Below are positions 47,459 to 56,656 of a stretch of DNA of 64,000 nt, one piece after another. Below the pieces are notes generated by a model. It was not told where the DNA came from, did not search any database, and was given only the letters and a program-made list of their open reading frames with translations. Each line of letters begins with the position of its first letter. Positions within the stretch are counted from its first letter, which is position 1. Position numbers and translations under genes: made by a program. Source of the DNA: an uncultured euryarchaeote (lineage in GTDB: Archaea > Thermoplasmatota > Poseidoniia > Poseidoniales > Poseidoniaceae); the NCBI GenBank assembly GCA_937899865.1, contig CALBRH010000051.1:64001-128000 (forward strand). Direction: 5' to 3'.

Positions 47459-49510
47459 ATGGTTATGGCAGGACACGGTGAGCCTTATATCCCAGCGAGT
47501 GAATCGCCGCTTGAGTTAACTGTTAGAGTGGTAATAGTAGGTATATTACTAGGAATATTGATGACAGCAGCAAATGCTTACCTCGGACTATATGCTGGAA
47601 TGACTGTATCTGCAAGTATTCCTGCTGCAGTAATGTCTATGATAATTCTTAGATCATTGTTCAAAGATGTAACCATCTTGGAAAATAATGCTGTTCAAAC
47701 TATGGCTAGTGCCGGAGAATCTCTTGCTGCTGGAGTTATATTTACTGTTCCTGCATTGTTAGTAATTCCAAATTTGTGGGATGATATCCAATTACTTGAG
47801 ACGACAATAATTGCATTGCTTGGAGGACTGATGGGTACAATGTTCACTATTGCACTAAGACGATTATTTATCGTTGAAGAAGCTCTACCATATCCAGAAG
47901 GTGTTGCGTGTAGAGAAGTTTTAGTTGCAGGAGAAGAAGGTGGCGAAGGTTCCCAGGCTATTATTTACGCACTTGGAATAGGTGCGATATATGGTTTGAT
48001 GGTCAAGGGTTTTCAGGCTACACATCACACGGTGGAAGGAGTTGTAGACTTCTTAGGAACAAAGATATATGGTGGAATAGACCTATCAGTCGCATTGTTA
48101 TCTGTTGGTTTCATTGTGGGAATTAGAATTGCTTCATTCATTTTCTTAGGAGGAATGTTCGGATTTATGATTCTAGTACCAATGTATGGTTTGATTAATG
48201 GCTGGGGTCCAGGGGACACAAGCGTTGAGCAATTCAAATGGATTTGGACTACTCAAATCAGATATGCAGGAGTTGGTGCAATGGTAGTAGGTGGTTTGTA
48301 CACACTATGGTCTATGAGAAAAAGCATCATTACTGGTATTTCAAAAGCCATTAAGTCCAGTTCTGGAGAAGATGAAAATTTACTAAGAACCGAGATCGAT
48401 TTGCCAATGAAATTTGTTTTTGTATTTTGTACCGTAATAGTTGGATTGACTTTGTTGTTCTATTGGTGGAAAACTGGCTCGCTAATTCTATCAATAGCAG
48501 GTGCTGCATTTTTAGCAGTAACAGCTTTCTTTTTCGCAGCAGTAGCAGGTTATATCGCAGGAGTAGTGGGTTCTTCTAACTCTCCTGTATCAGGTATGAC
48601 TATTGCAACCTTACTATTTACTGTAGCATTAGTTTGGGTTATTGGAGATTTGATGTTGGGGCTTTCTACTCCCACTCTAATGCTTGCAACAATGCTAATT
48701 GCATCCATAGTAGCATCTTCAGCAGCAATAGCTGGCGACGTTATGCAGGATTTGAAAACTGGTCATATGGTTGGTGCTACCCCTAGATTGCAACAAACCG
48801 CTGAAATTATCGGTGTAATTACTGGAGCATTAGTTATTGGTCCAACATTAAAATTACTTCACAATGCATTTGGAATTACTAAAACTGCTTGCTTGAGAGA
48901 GGCGGCAGAAACTGGAAGAAATTGTGACAATGCCCTTTATGCACCGCAGGCTGAACTAATTGGCGATATTGTGAGGGGTTCTTTTGTAGGTGACATAAAT
49001 ATGCAAATGATTATTCTAGGAGTAGTAATCGCTATTGTACTAATTTGGCTAAAGATGCCAGTAATGAGTGTTGCAATAGGAATATATCTTCCACTTGGTC
49101 TTTCAGTACCTATTATGTTAGGTGGAGTTTTGTCATATTTTGCTTTTAGAAGTGCTCACTTAAGAGTTGATGGTGAATTAAGAGATAAGCCATCCAAAAA
49201 GGCAGTTGATGCCGCCAAAGAGGTAGAAAATCGGGGCGTATTAATTGGTGCAGGATTTATTGCTGGAGAATCAATACTAGGTGTATTGGTAGCCTTATTG
49301 ATTGTATTAAATATTGATTTAACATCAATTTTCAGCACTGGAGTACTGAATAATTTCCTTTCATTAGCCTTCTTCGGTTGGTTCGTTTTGGTTTTCTTAT
49401 GGTTGGCTACCAGGTCTTTGCCAAGTAATGGTAACTTGCTTAGAGATTTTGCACTGATTTTCAAAGATGTTGTTGGTAAGATAGTATCTATGTTTAGAAC
49501 GACAAAATAA
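47459..49510 (+). CDS. OPT-family oligopeptide transporter (bacterial/YSL-like branch)
   Basis: ELTVR, NAYLGLYAGMTVSASIPAAV, ENNAVQTMASAGE, YPEGVAC, SNSPVSG, DVMQDLKTG, APQA. Probable ATG at 47459. Confidence 0.92.
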   Translation: MVMAGHGEPYIPASESPLELTVRVVIVGILLGILMTAANAYLGLYAGMTVSASIPAAVMSMIILRSLFKDVTILENNAVQTMASAGESLAAGVIFTVPALLVIPNLWDDIQLLETTIIALLGGLMGTMFTIALRRLFIVEEALPYPEGVACREVLVAGEEGGEGSQAIIYALGIGAIYGLMVKGFQATHHTVEGVVDFLGTKIYGGIDLSVALLSVGFIVGIRIASFIFLGGMFGFMILVPMYGLINGWGPGDTSVEQFKWIWTTQIRYAGVGAMVVGGLYTLWSMRKSIITGISKAIKSSSGEDENLLRTEIDLPMKFVFVFCTVIVGLTLLFYWWKTGSLILSIAGAAFLAVTAFFFAAVAGYIAGVVGSSNSPVSGMTIATLLFTVALVWVIGDLMLGLSTPTLMLATMLIASIVASSAAIAGDVMQDLKTGHMVGATPRLQQTAEIIGVITGALVIGPTLKLLHNAFGITKTACLREAAETGRNCDNALYAPQAELIGDIVRGSFVGDINMQMIILGVVIAIVLIWLKMPVMSVAIGIYLPLGLSVPIMLGGVLSYFAFRSAHLRVDGELRDKPSKKAVDAAKEVENRGVLIGAGFIAGESILGVLVALLIVLNIDLTSIFSTGVLNNFLSLAFFGWFVLVFLWLATRSLPSNGNLLRDFALIFKDVVGKIVSMFRTTK

Positions 49511-49531
49511 TCAAAGGATGTTAATCAAAAC

Positions 49532-49561
49532 CATCAAAGGTTGTCTTTGATGACCGGTCAT
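49532..49561. promoter_or_regulatory. Overlapping inverted repeats upstream of transketolase (CATCAAAG-N5-CTTTGATG and ATGACCGGTCAT)
   Basis: Exact 8-bp arms at 49532-49539 and 49545-49552, plus a perfect 12-bp palindrome at 49550-49561. Terminator versus operator role is unresolved. Confidence 0.4.
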
Positions 49562-49571
49562 TGGTCGTATT

Positions 49572-50399
49572 ATGTCAATGTCTACTTCTGAACTAAAAGA
49601 AATCGCAAGAAAATGTCGTGTCGAAATTGTCAAGATGGTATACAGAGCCCAAGCAGGTCACCCTGGAGGTTCATTGTCAGAAATTGATTTGATTAGTGCA
49701 TTATATGGAAATTATCTAAGAGTCAAACCAAATGAACCAAATTGGGATGATAGAGATAGATTCATTCTATCGAAGGGACATGCATCTCCTGGTATGTACG
49801 CAATTTTAGCAGAAATGGGATTTATTTCAAAAGAAGATCTAGAATCATATCGAGTTCTAGGAGGTATATGTCAAGGACATGTCGACATGAAATGGTGCCC
49901 TGGAGTTGATTTTTCCGCTGGTTCCCTTGGAATGGGGCTTTCATTTGGAATGGGATGTGCTATCGCTGGAAGATTATCAGGTAGTGAACGTAATATATTT
50001 GTCATGTTAGGCGATGGAGAAATTCAAGAAGGTAGTATTTGGGAGGCTGCAATGGCAGCAAAACATCATGAGTTAGGAAATTTGAAAGTTATTTTAGATA
50101 GAAATAGAATACAAAATGATGATTTCTGTGTAACACAAATGCGGATGTTCGACATACCAGCAAAATGGGAATCATTCGGTTGGGATGTTATGGAAATAGA
50201 TGGTCATAACATGGATGATGTTGTTAGAGGATTAGATTTCTTAGTCAACAATAATGATAATCCTGCTATATTGATAGCAAATACCATCAAAGGAAAAGGT
50301 GTATCTTTCATGGAAGATAATCCAGCTTTCCATGGAGCAGCACCTAATGATGAGCAATTTAAATTGGCTATGAATGAATTAGGCGAGGTGATGTCATGA
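49572..50399 (+). CDS. Transketolase, N-terminal (TPP-binding) subunit
   Basis: GHPGGSLS, RDRFILSKGH, GSLGMGLS, GDGEIQEG...N TPP motif, KGKGVSFME...HG. Confidence 0.95.
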   Translation: MSMSTSELKEIARKCRVEIVKMVYRAQAGHPGGSLSEIDLISALYGNYLRVKPNEPNWDDRDRFILSKGHASPGMYAILAEMGFISKEDLESYRVLGGICQGHVDMKWCPGVDFSAGSLGMGLSFGMGCAIAGRLSGSERNIFVMLGDGEIQEGSIWEAAMAAKHHELGNLKVILDRNRIQNDDFCVTQMRMFDIPAKWESFGWDVMEIDGHNMDDVVRGLDFLVNNNDNPAILIANTIKGKGVSFMEDNPAFHGAAPNDEQFKLAMNELGEVMS

Positions 50400-51334
50400 G
50401 TCGTATGGCTGCTACACGTGATGGCTATGGGCAAGCACTTTTGGACCTAGCAAGTAATGAAAAAGTAGTCGTCTTGGAAGCAGATTTAGGTAAGTCAACA
50501 AAATCTCTTCACTTTAGAAAGGAATATCCAGAACGAACTGTATCATGTGGAATTGGCGAACAAAACATGCTGTTGACTGCTGCAGGCTTAGCATCTTCTG
50601 GTTACATACCATTTGCCAGTACATTTGCGATATTTACTGAAAGGGCTTTCGAGCAAATGCGTAATGGTGTTGCAAGGCCAAACCTTGCTGTACATTTATG
50701 CGGAAGTCATGGTGGCACACACACTGGAACTGATGGTTCATCTGCACAATCAATTGAAGACTTAGCTATTTTTCGAACATTACCCAATGTCATTGTCCTA
50801 CACCCATGTGATGATGTAAGTACAAGAGTGTTGACTAACCAACTTGCTGAAATGAATCATCCATCATATACAAGAACTGCTAGAAATAAAACTCCAGTAT
50901 TGTATGACGGTCGAGAAGAGGAAGTAATAATTGGCAAGGGAATTACATTGAAAGAAGGAAATGATGTTGCTATAATTGCTTGTGGAGTAATGGTTTCTGA
51001 AGCAATGAAGGCTGCTGAAGCATTAGCTGAAAAGGGTGTTGCAGCAACGGTAGTTGACATGCATACAATCAAACCTCTAGATGTACAATTGGTCCATAAT
51101 TTAGCACAATCATGTGGCGCTATTGTTACTGCTGAAGACCATAGCATCATTGGTGGACTTGGTGGAGCCGTCTCAGAATATCTATCTTCCAATATTCCAA
51201 TTCCTTTGGAGAGAGTAGGAGTTCAGGATCGCTTTGGAGAATCTGGACAAGCTGATGAAATGTTAGAGTTGATGGAGATATCATCCCCATATATTGCAGA
51301 GGCTGCATTGAGAGCAATCAATCGCAAAAAATGA
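50396..51334 (+). CDS. Transketolase, C-terminal subunit
   Basis: ATRDGYG, ADLGKST, GIGEQNM, RAFEQMR, DGSSAQ, TIKPLD, EDHSIIGGLG. Confidence 0.95.
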   Translation: MSRMAATRDGYGQALLDLASNEKVVVLEADLGKSTKSLHFRKEYPERTVSCGIGEQNMLLTAAGLASSGYIPFASTFAIFTERAFEQMRNGVARPNLAVHLCGSHGGTHTGTDGSSAQSIEDLAIFRTLPNVIVLHPCDDVSTRVLTNQLAEMNHPSYTRTARNKTPVLYDGREEEVIIGKGITLKEGNDVAIIACGVMVSEAMKAAEALAEKGVAATVVDMHTIKPLDVQLVHNLAQSCGAIVTAEDHSIIGGLGGAVSEYLSSNIPIPLERVGVQDRFGESGQADEMLELMEISSPYIAEAALRAINRKK

Positions 51335-51358
51335 ATAACAGTATTATGTCAGAGTTAT

Positions 51359-53452
51359 ATGAAGACTAAAGCGTTAACATTGGTCTTCATAATTTTTGTA
51401 TCGATTTTGCCTGTTGAATTTACAAGTCTTAGTGACTTAAAGGTATATGAGTCAACAAATTATGGCTGTAATGCTGATAGAAACGAAACTTGGACTGTCG
51501 GTTTAATCTACTGTACTGATGAAATGCAAGAAGGTTATACTTTATTTTCACCAATGGCATCCAATACCTCCTATCTAATTGATGAGTTTGGCAGAGAAGT
51601 ACATCATTGGATCTCACCAGGTGATCATCGACCTGGATTATCTGCTTATTTGCTTGATAATGGCTCCTTGCTTCGAACAGCAAACCTTGGTCCAAATCAA
51701 CCAGGTGAATTTACTGGAGGAGGTAGTGCAGGAAAAGTAGAGATGATTTCTTGGGATGGTGTTTTGGAATGGTCTTGGTCTTACTCTACTGAGATGTATC
51801 GCAGTCACCACGATATTGAACCACTGCCAAATGGCAATCTATTGATGATCGCTTGGGAATATAGAAGTGAAAGTGAAGCAGCAGAGGCAGGAAAATATCC
51901 TCAAGATGATTCTAGTAGAGCCGTGACTACTAGTTCTGTTTGGCCAGACAAAATTATCGAAGTAAAACCAATCGGCTTGGATGATGCAGAAATTGTTTGG
52001 GAGTGGACTTTTTGGGACCATATCATTCAAGATTATGATTCAAGTAAAGCTAATTTTGGCATAGTATCTGAACATCCAGAGTTATTGGATGTCAATTATA
52101 TCGATGCAGCAGGTAGTGCATCTGGCGGAAGAGATTGGTTGCATTGTAATGGGATAGATTACAACGAAAATCTTGACCAAATTGCGATTTCTTGTAAGAA
52201 TACTAATGAAATTTACATCATTGACCATAGCACAACTACTGAAGAGGCTGCTGGGCATTCTGGCGGTAATAGTGGAAAGGGTGGAGATATTCTTTATCGG
52301 TATGGCAATCCAGAAAGTTACCAAAGAGGCGGTCCTGAGGACCAAGTACTATTTGCTCAACATGATGTTCAATGGATTAAAGATGGCTATCCTGATGCTG
52401 GGAAATTAATGATTTTTAATAACGGTAAAGGCAGAGATATTCAATACTCTTCAGTTGATGTAATCGAAACTCCGATTGAAGGCTATAATTATTACATAGA
52501 TAAAGAAGAACCATTTGGTCCTGAAAATCTTTCTTGGAGTTGGGATGATGGAATAGAGATGTACTCTGCCGCTATATCTGGAAGTACAAGGTTGTCTAAC
52601 GGCAATACATTGATGACATTTGGTATACAAGGAACTTTAGTTGAAGTAGACTATACGGGAAAGATAGTTTGGAAATATATTAGTCCAGTTAATGATCTTG
52701 GAATAATGACTCAGGGCGATTCTATCTTTTCAAGTAATGGTAATAAAGTGTTCAAGGTATCAAGACATAGTCCTATGCACCCTGCTTTAATTAATCGAGA
52801 TTTATCTCCAAATGATTACATAGAGAATTGGCAAAATAATTGCCCTGATATCGAATCATTGCCATTTGACATAGACGGAGATGGTTGTATAGATGATTCA
52901 GATAATGATGGAATAGATGATTCAATTGACTTATGTTGGGGCTTTGATGACAATATAGATCAAGATAATGATGAGATACCTGATGGTTGCGATCTATTAA
53001 TCGATAGTGATAATGATAATATTGCGGACGAAGAAGACAAATGTCCAGGTCATAATGATAATATTGATCTAGATAATGATTCAATATCTGATGGATGTGA
53101 TGACATAATTGATTCAGATAAAGATGGAATTAGTGACCAGCAAGATGTTTGTCCAGATTATGATGATCTAATTGATAAAGACAATGATTCTATTCCTGAT
53201 GGTTGTGACAATATCATAGATTCTGATGAAGATGGAATAGGTGATGATGATGACTTATGCCCAGGATTTAATGACACTATTGATTACGATAATGACTCCA
53301 TTCCAGACAGTTGTGATGATATAGTAACTGATAACAATATTGATGATAGTTATGAAGATAGTAACAGTATTTTCACAACACAAAACATATCTATTGGGTT
53401 AATTTTTATTCTTTTAATAGCACTATTTTTTACTAGAAAATCAAGCGGATAA
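51359..53452 (+). CDS. Aryl-sulfate sulfotransferase (ASST)-like protein with TSP3-like repeats and C-terminal membrane anchor
   Basis: Signal peptide. HHDIEPLPNGN, DWLHCNGIDY, YRYGNP, QHDVQWI, RLSNGNTL motifs. C-terminal TM followed by RKSSG. Confidence 0.85.
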   Translation: MKTKALTLVFIIFVSILPVEFTSLSDLKVYESTNYGCNADRNETWTVGLIYCTDEMQEGYTLFSPMASNTSYLIDEFGREVHHWISPGDHRPGLSAYLLDNGSLLRTANLGPNQPGEFTGGGSAGKVEMISWDGVLEWSWSYSTEMYRSHHDIEPLPNGNLLMIAWEYRSESEAAEAGKYPQDDSSRAVTTSSVWPDKIIEVKPIGLDDAEIVWEWTFWDHIIQDYDSSKANFGIVSEHPELLDVNYIDAAGSASGGRDWLHCNGIDYNENLDQIAISCKNTNEIYIIDHSTTTEEAAGHSGGNSGKGGDILYRYGNPESYQRGGPEDQVLFAQHDVQWIKDGYPDAGKLMIFNNGKGRDIQYSSVDVIETPIEGYNYYIDKEEPFGPENLSWSWDDGIEMYSAAISGSTRLSNGNTLMTFGIQGTLVEVDYTGKIVWKYISPVNDLGIMTQGDSIFSSNGNKVFKVSRHSPMHPALINRDLSPNDYIENWQNNCPDIESLPFDIDGDGCIDDSDNDGIDDSIDLCWGFDDNIDQDNDEIPDGCDLLIDSDNDNIADEEDKCPGHNDNIDLDNDSISDGCDDIIDSDKDGISDQQDVCPDYDDLIDKDNDSIPDGCDNIIDSDEDGIGDDDDLCPGFNDTIDYDNDSIPDSCDDIVTDNNIDDSYEDSNSIFTTQNISIGLIFILLIALFFTRKSSG
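52868..53326 (+). repeat. Four tandem ~36-aa thrombospondin type-3-like (DxDxDGIxDxxDxC) repeats
   Basis: DSDNDGIDDSIDLC, DSDNDNIADEEDKC, DSDKDGISDQQDVC, DSDEDGIGDDDDLC, each followed by DxDNDxIPDGCD-like half-units. Confidence 0.88.
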
Positions 53453-53482
53453 TTCATGTGGTGTCTATGATTCCGTAATTTC

Positions 53483-54145
53483 ATGGAGTTCTTTTTAGAC
53501 ACTGCAGACGTCGACGAAATAAGAGAAATAGCATCATGGGGAATCCTTGATGGAGTAACTACTAATCCATCTTTAATCAAAAAGAGTGGACGTGATTTCA
53601 AACAAGTAGTTGCAGAAATCGCATCAATTTGTGATGGGCCTATTTCAGCTGAAGTAACAGCAATGGATACTGATGGAATGGTAAAGCAAGCTTTAGAATT
53701 GAAAGCAGAATTACCCGAAAATGTCATCATCAAGATACCTTGTGTACCAGAGGGTCTTGCAGCAACTAAAATTTTGACAGAAAAAGGAATTAAAACCAAT
53801 GTAACATTGATATTTTCTGCTGCACAAGCGCTTATGGCTGCAAAGGCAGGCGCGACCTATGTATCTCCATTTATTGGAAGAATCGATGACACAGGACATG
53901 ATGGTATGACTTTGATAGCCGAGATTATGGAAACATGGAACAATTATCCAGAAATTTCTACTAAAGTTCTAGCAGCATCCATTAGACATCCTACACATGT
54001 TCTACAATGTATTCAACTTGGAGCACATACTGCTACTATGCCAACAAAGATATTTAGACAACTAGTCAAACATCCACTTACCGATAAAGGAATTGATGGT
54101 TTTATGAAAGATTGGGCAGAAGTTGAGGCTGCTGGAAAAGCATAA
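53483..54145 (+). CDS. tal: Transaldolase (short TalC/Fsa family)
   Basis: [19 protein letters not shown] (Glu), IIKIP (Schiff-base Lys), [13 protein letters not shown] (Phe, transaldolase-type). Confidence 0.93.
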   Translation: MEFFLDTADVDEIREIASWGILDGVTTNPSLIKKSGRDFKQVVAEIASICDGPISAEVTAMDTDGMVKQALELKAELPENVIIKIPCVPEGLAATKILTEKGIKTNVTLIFSAAQALMAAKAGATYVSPFIGRIDDTGHDGMTLIAEIMETWNNYPEISTKVLAASIRHPTHVLQCIQLGAHTATMPTKIFRQLVKHPLTDKGIDGFMKDWAEVEAAGKA

Positions 54146-54207
54146 TTTCACAATAAGAGGATTATTCAATAAGAAGATTCCACCCCCATTCAAGGGGAGG
54201 GCATATC

Positions 54208-54804
54208 TTGAGCAGTGCTAGAGAACGCTTGAAAAAATTACTTGATGGTGATTTGGAAGCGTCAGATATCGCTGAGGATGCTTCACTAGTTAGTCTCGCA
54301 GACCGATTATATGGAATAAAAATCGCTAATGTTAAGCCGGTTAAAGCAAGAGATATGGATGGACAAGGTTCTGATTTGCCACAACCCGGTGAGCAACAAT
54401 TTGGTCAAACTTCGAGTTTAATGGTTGAAGTAATTGAACCTGCATCGATGCCATTACCTAATTTAGCACATTTAGAGATGCCAGATTTGCCAAATAATAA
54501 GAAGAATTCTTCATTATTTTCATTGTTGTCGTTAGGCGGTTTGATAATTGTCATACTCAATTTATTTGGATTGTTTTCATCAATATTTGAAGGATCATGT
54601 AAGATTGGTGAATGCCGTTCAGAAGGCCAAACTAGAATCAATCTAATGGACTTCTACAAATTTGGAGAATCGGATGGTTGGTCTTATTCTTTACTAACTG
54701 ATAGTATGAGTGGAGTTGGGGGTACAACTGGAGGGATTGGCATTCCAGACATAGTAGCCTTAATTTCTCTGTCTTTAGTTTTCCTTTTCCTAAGAAAGAA
54801 GTGA
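54208..54804 (+). CDS. Hypothetical two-TM membrane protein
   Basis: TTG start after GGAGG. Two hydrophobic helices flank a loop with a CxxxxC pair. Ends in FLRKK. Confidence 0.7.
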   Translation: MSSARERLKKLLDGDLEASDIAEDASLVSLADRLYGIKIANVKPVKARDMDGQGSDLPQPGEQQFGQTSSLMVEVIEPASMPLPNLAHLEMPDLPNNKKNSSLFSLLSLGGLIIVILNLFGLFSSIFEGSCKIGECRSEGQTRINLMDFYKFGESDGWSYSLLTDSMSGVGGTTGGIGIPDIVALISLSLVFLFLRKK

Positions 54805-54808
54805 TTAT

Positions 54809-55084
54809 ATGTCACCGGATGGATTTGTGTCCGAGGCTATTGCATATTCAGGAATGTTATTGATTCTTGGAGCTTTTTTATTGGAAACTAGAAATATCCT
54901 AGATAGTAAGAATTGGATATATCTAACAATGATGGCTTTAGGTTCTGGATTACTTGCGATTAGAGCTTTGTTGATAGAAGAGTGGGCTTTCCTAATTTTA
55001 GAAGTAGTTTGGTGTCTTGCTGCGGTAATTGCATTAGTTGGTTTATCAACTATATCTAACAAGAATGAATCAACATCTTCATGA
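54809..55084 (+). CDS. Small 3-TM membrane protein (CBU_0592-like)
   Basis: GMLLILGAF...Y...GSGLL...F.ILEVVW pattern. Confidence 0.65.
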   Translation: MSPDGFVSEAIAYSGMLLILGAFLLETRNILDSKNWIYLTMMALGSGLLAIRALLIEEWAFLILEVVWCLAAVIALVGLSTISNKNESTSS

Positions 55085-55108
55085 GTGATAATCTCCTGAG
55101 TCAACAAT

Positions 55109-56638
55109 ATGAGCAAAGGCCCTGCCAAGGCAAAACGCGGAATACCTTCTAAAGTTGAAAACTTCAATGAATGGTATCCGTTTATTGTTGAAGCATCTGA
55201 CTTGGTTGACAAGCGTTATCCAATCAAAGGTATGGATGTATGGAGGCCATATGGCTGGAAGACAATGAGACTTATTGATTCTTTAACTCATAGTGAGATG
55301 GATAGAACTGATCATGAAGAAGTAAACTTTCCATTACTAATTCCTGAAAATTTATTGGAAAAAGAAAATGCTCTGGTTGCTAGGCTTAAACGCGCAAGAG
55401 AAGAAGGCGTAGACCCCGATGAACTTAGAGATGAAGAAGAAGATGGTGGCTTCAAAAAAGAAGTGTATTGGGTAAAACATGCTGGAGAAAACGACCTTGA
55501 TATCCCTATGTTCCTAAGGCCGACTTCAGAAACTGCAATGTATACAATGTTCCCATTATGGATTAGATCACACAAGGATTTACCATTGAAAATTTATCAA
55601 ATGGTTAATACATTTAGATATGAAACTAAGCAAACAAGGTCATTTATCAGAGTTAGAGAAATCCACTTCTTTGAAGCACATACTGCACATGCTGACGAGG
55701 AATGTGCTACGCGTCAAATAGCACAGGATTTGGAGATTGTTGACAATTTAATGGAACAATTATGTCTACCTATTATCAAGGCTAAACGACCTGTTTGGGA
55801 TACATTCCCTGGTGCGTGGTATACTATCGGAATAGATGCTGTAATGCCAAACGGAAGAACTTTGCAAGTCGCATCATGTCATCATTATCGTGACCAATGG
55901 GCTAAGGCTTTTGATATAACTTACGAGAATCTTGATGCCAAGCAGCAACATGTTCATCAAACAACTTATGGCATGTCAGAAAGACTTCTAGGTGCAGTAG
56001 TAGGCATGCATGGAGATGATAACGGATTGATTATGCCACCAGCAATTGCACCATTCCAGATTGTTATATGTCCAATGATAAGAAAAAATTCTGAAGTTGA
56101 TACTGTGGCAGAATCTAATCGTATTGCTGGGTTATTGCAGAATGCTGGATTTAGAGTTAAAGTTGACTCAAGAGACATACATGCTGGTCAGAAATATTAT
56201 GATTGGGAAATTAAAGGTGTACCTCTTAGATTAGATATTGGCCCAAGAGATATGGCACAGGGGACTGCCTATGCGGCATTGAGAACTGGTGGAAAAGAGC
56301 CTTTAGCAATTGAAAATATTGTTGAACTTTGTCGAGAAAAATTAGAACAAATTGCTGATGAACTAAGAAGACGTTCATCTGCACATATGACAGATGTCAT
56401 GGTAAGATTACCTAAGTTTACCAATGAAGATGGCAGTTGGAAGATGACCGGTGAAATTGTGGATGGCAAAATCTACGAAATGCCATTTGATGGAACAGAT
56501 GCTCATGCTGAAATCATAGAAAAGCAAACCGGTTTAACCTTTTTAGGCGACTCTACTAATGAATATGATGATGAAATACCATGTCATATGAGCGGCAAAA
56601 TGACTAAGCGGAGAGTAATATTGGCCAAAACATACTGA
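55109..56638 (+). CDS. proS: Proline--tRNA ligase (archaeal/eukaryotic type)
   Basis: RYPIKG, LRPTSET, HKDLPLK, FRYETKQTRSFIRVREIHFFEAHTAH, HQTTYGMSER, GVPLRLDIGPRD. Confidence 0.96.
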   Translation: MSKGPAKAKRGIPSKVENFNEWYPFIVEASDLVDKRYPIKGMDVWRPYGWKTMRLIDSLTHSEMDRTDHEEVNFPLLIPENLLEKENALVARLKRAREEGVDPDELRDEEEDGGFKKEVYWVKHAGENDLDIPMFLRPTSETAMYTMFPLWIRSHKDLPLKIYQMVNTFRYETKQTRSFIRVREIHFFEAHTAHADEECATRQIAQDLEIVDNLMEQLCLPIIKAKRPVWDTFPGAWYTIGIDAVMPNGRTLQVASCHHYRDQWAKAFDITYENLDAKQQHVHQTTYGMSERLLGAVVGMHGDDNGLIMPPAIAPFQIVICPMIRKNSEVDTVAESNRIAGLLQNAGFRVKVDSRDIHAGQKYYDWEIKGVPLRLDIGPRDMAQGTAYAALRTGGKEPLAIENIVELCREKLEQIADELRRRSSAHMTDVMVRLPKFTNEDGSWKMTGEIVDGKIYEMPFDGTDAHAEIIEKQTGLTFLGDSTNEYDDEIPCHMSGKMTKRRVILAKTY

Positions 56639-56656
56639 GCAACCTTGGTGAGTTAA

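Noticed and set aside
53483-54145. Fructose-6-phosphate aldolase
   Set aside because: It has the Glu (ISAEV) and Phe (SPFIGR) of transaldolases, not the Gln/Tyr of FSA.
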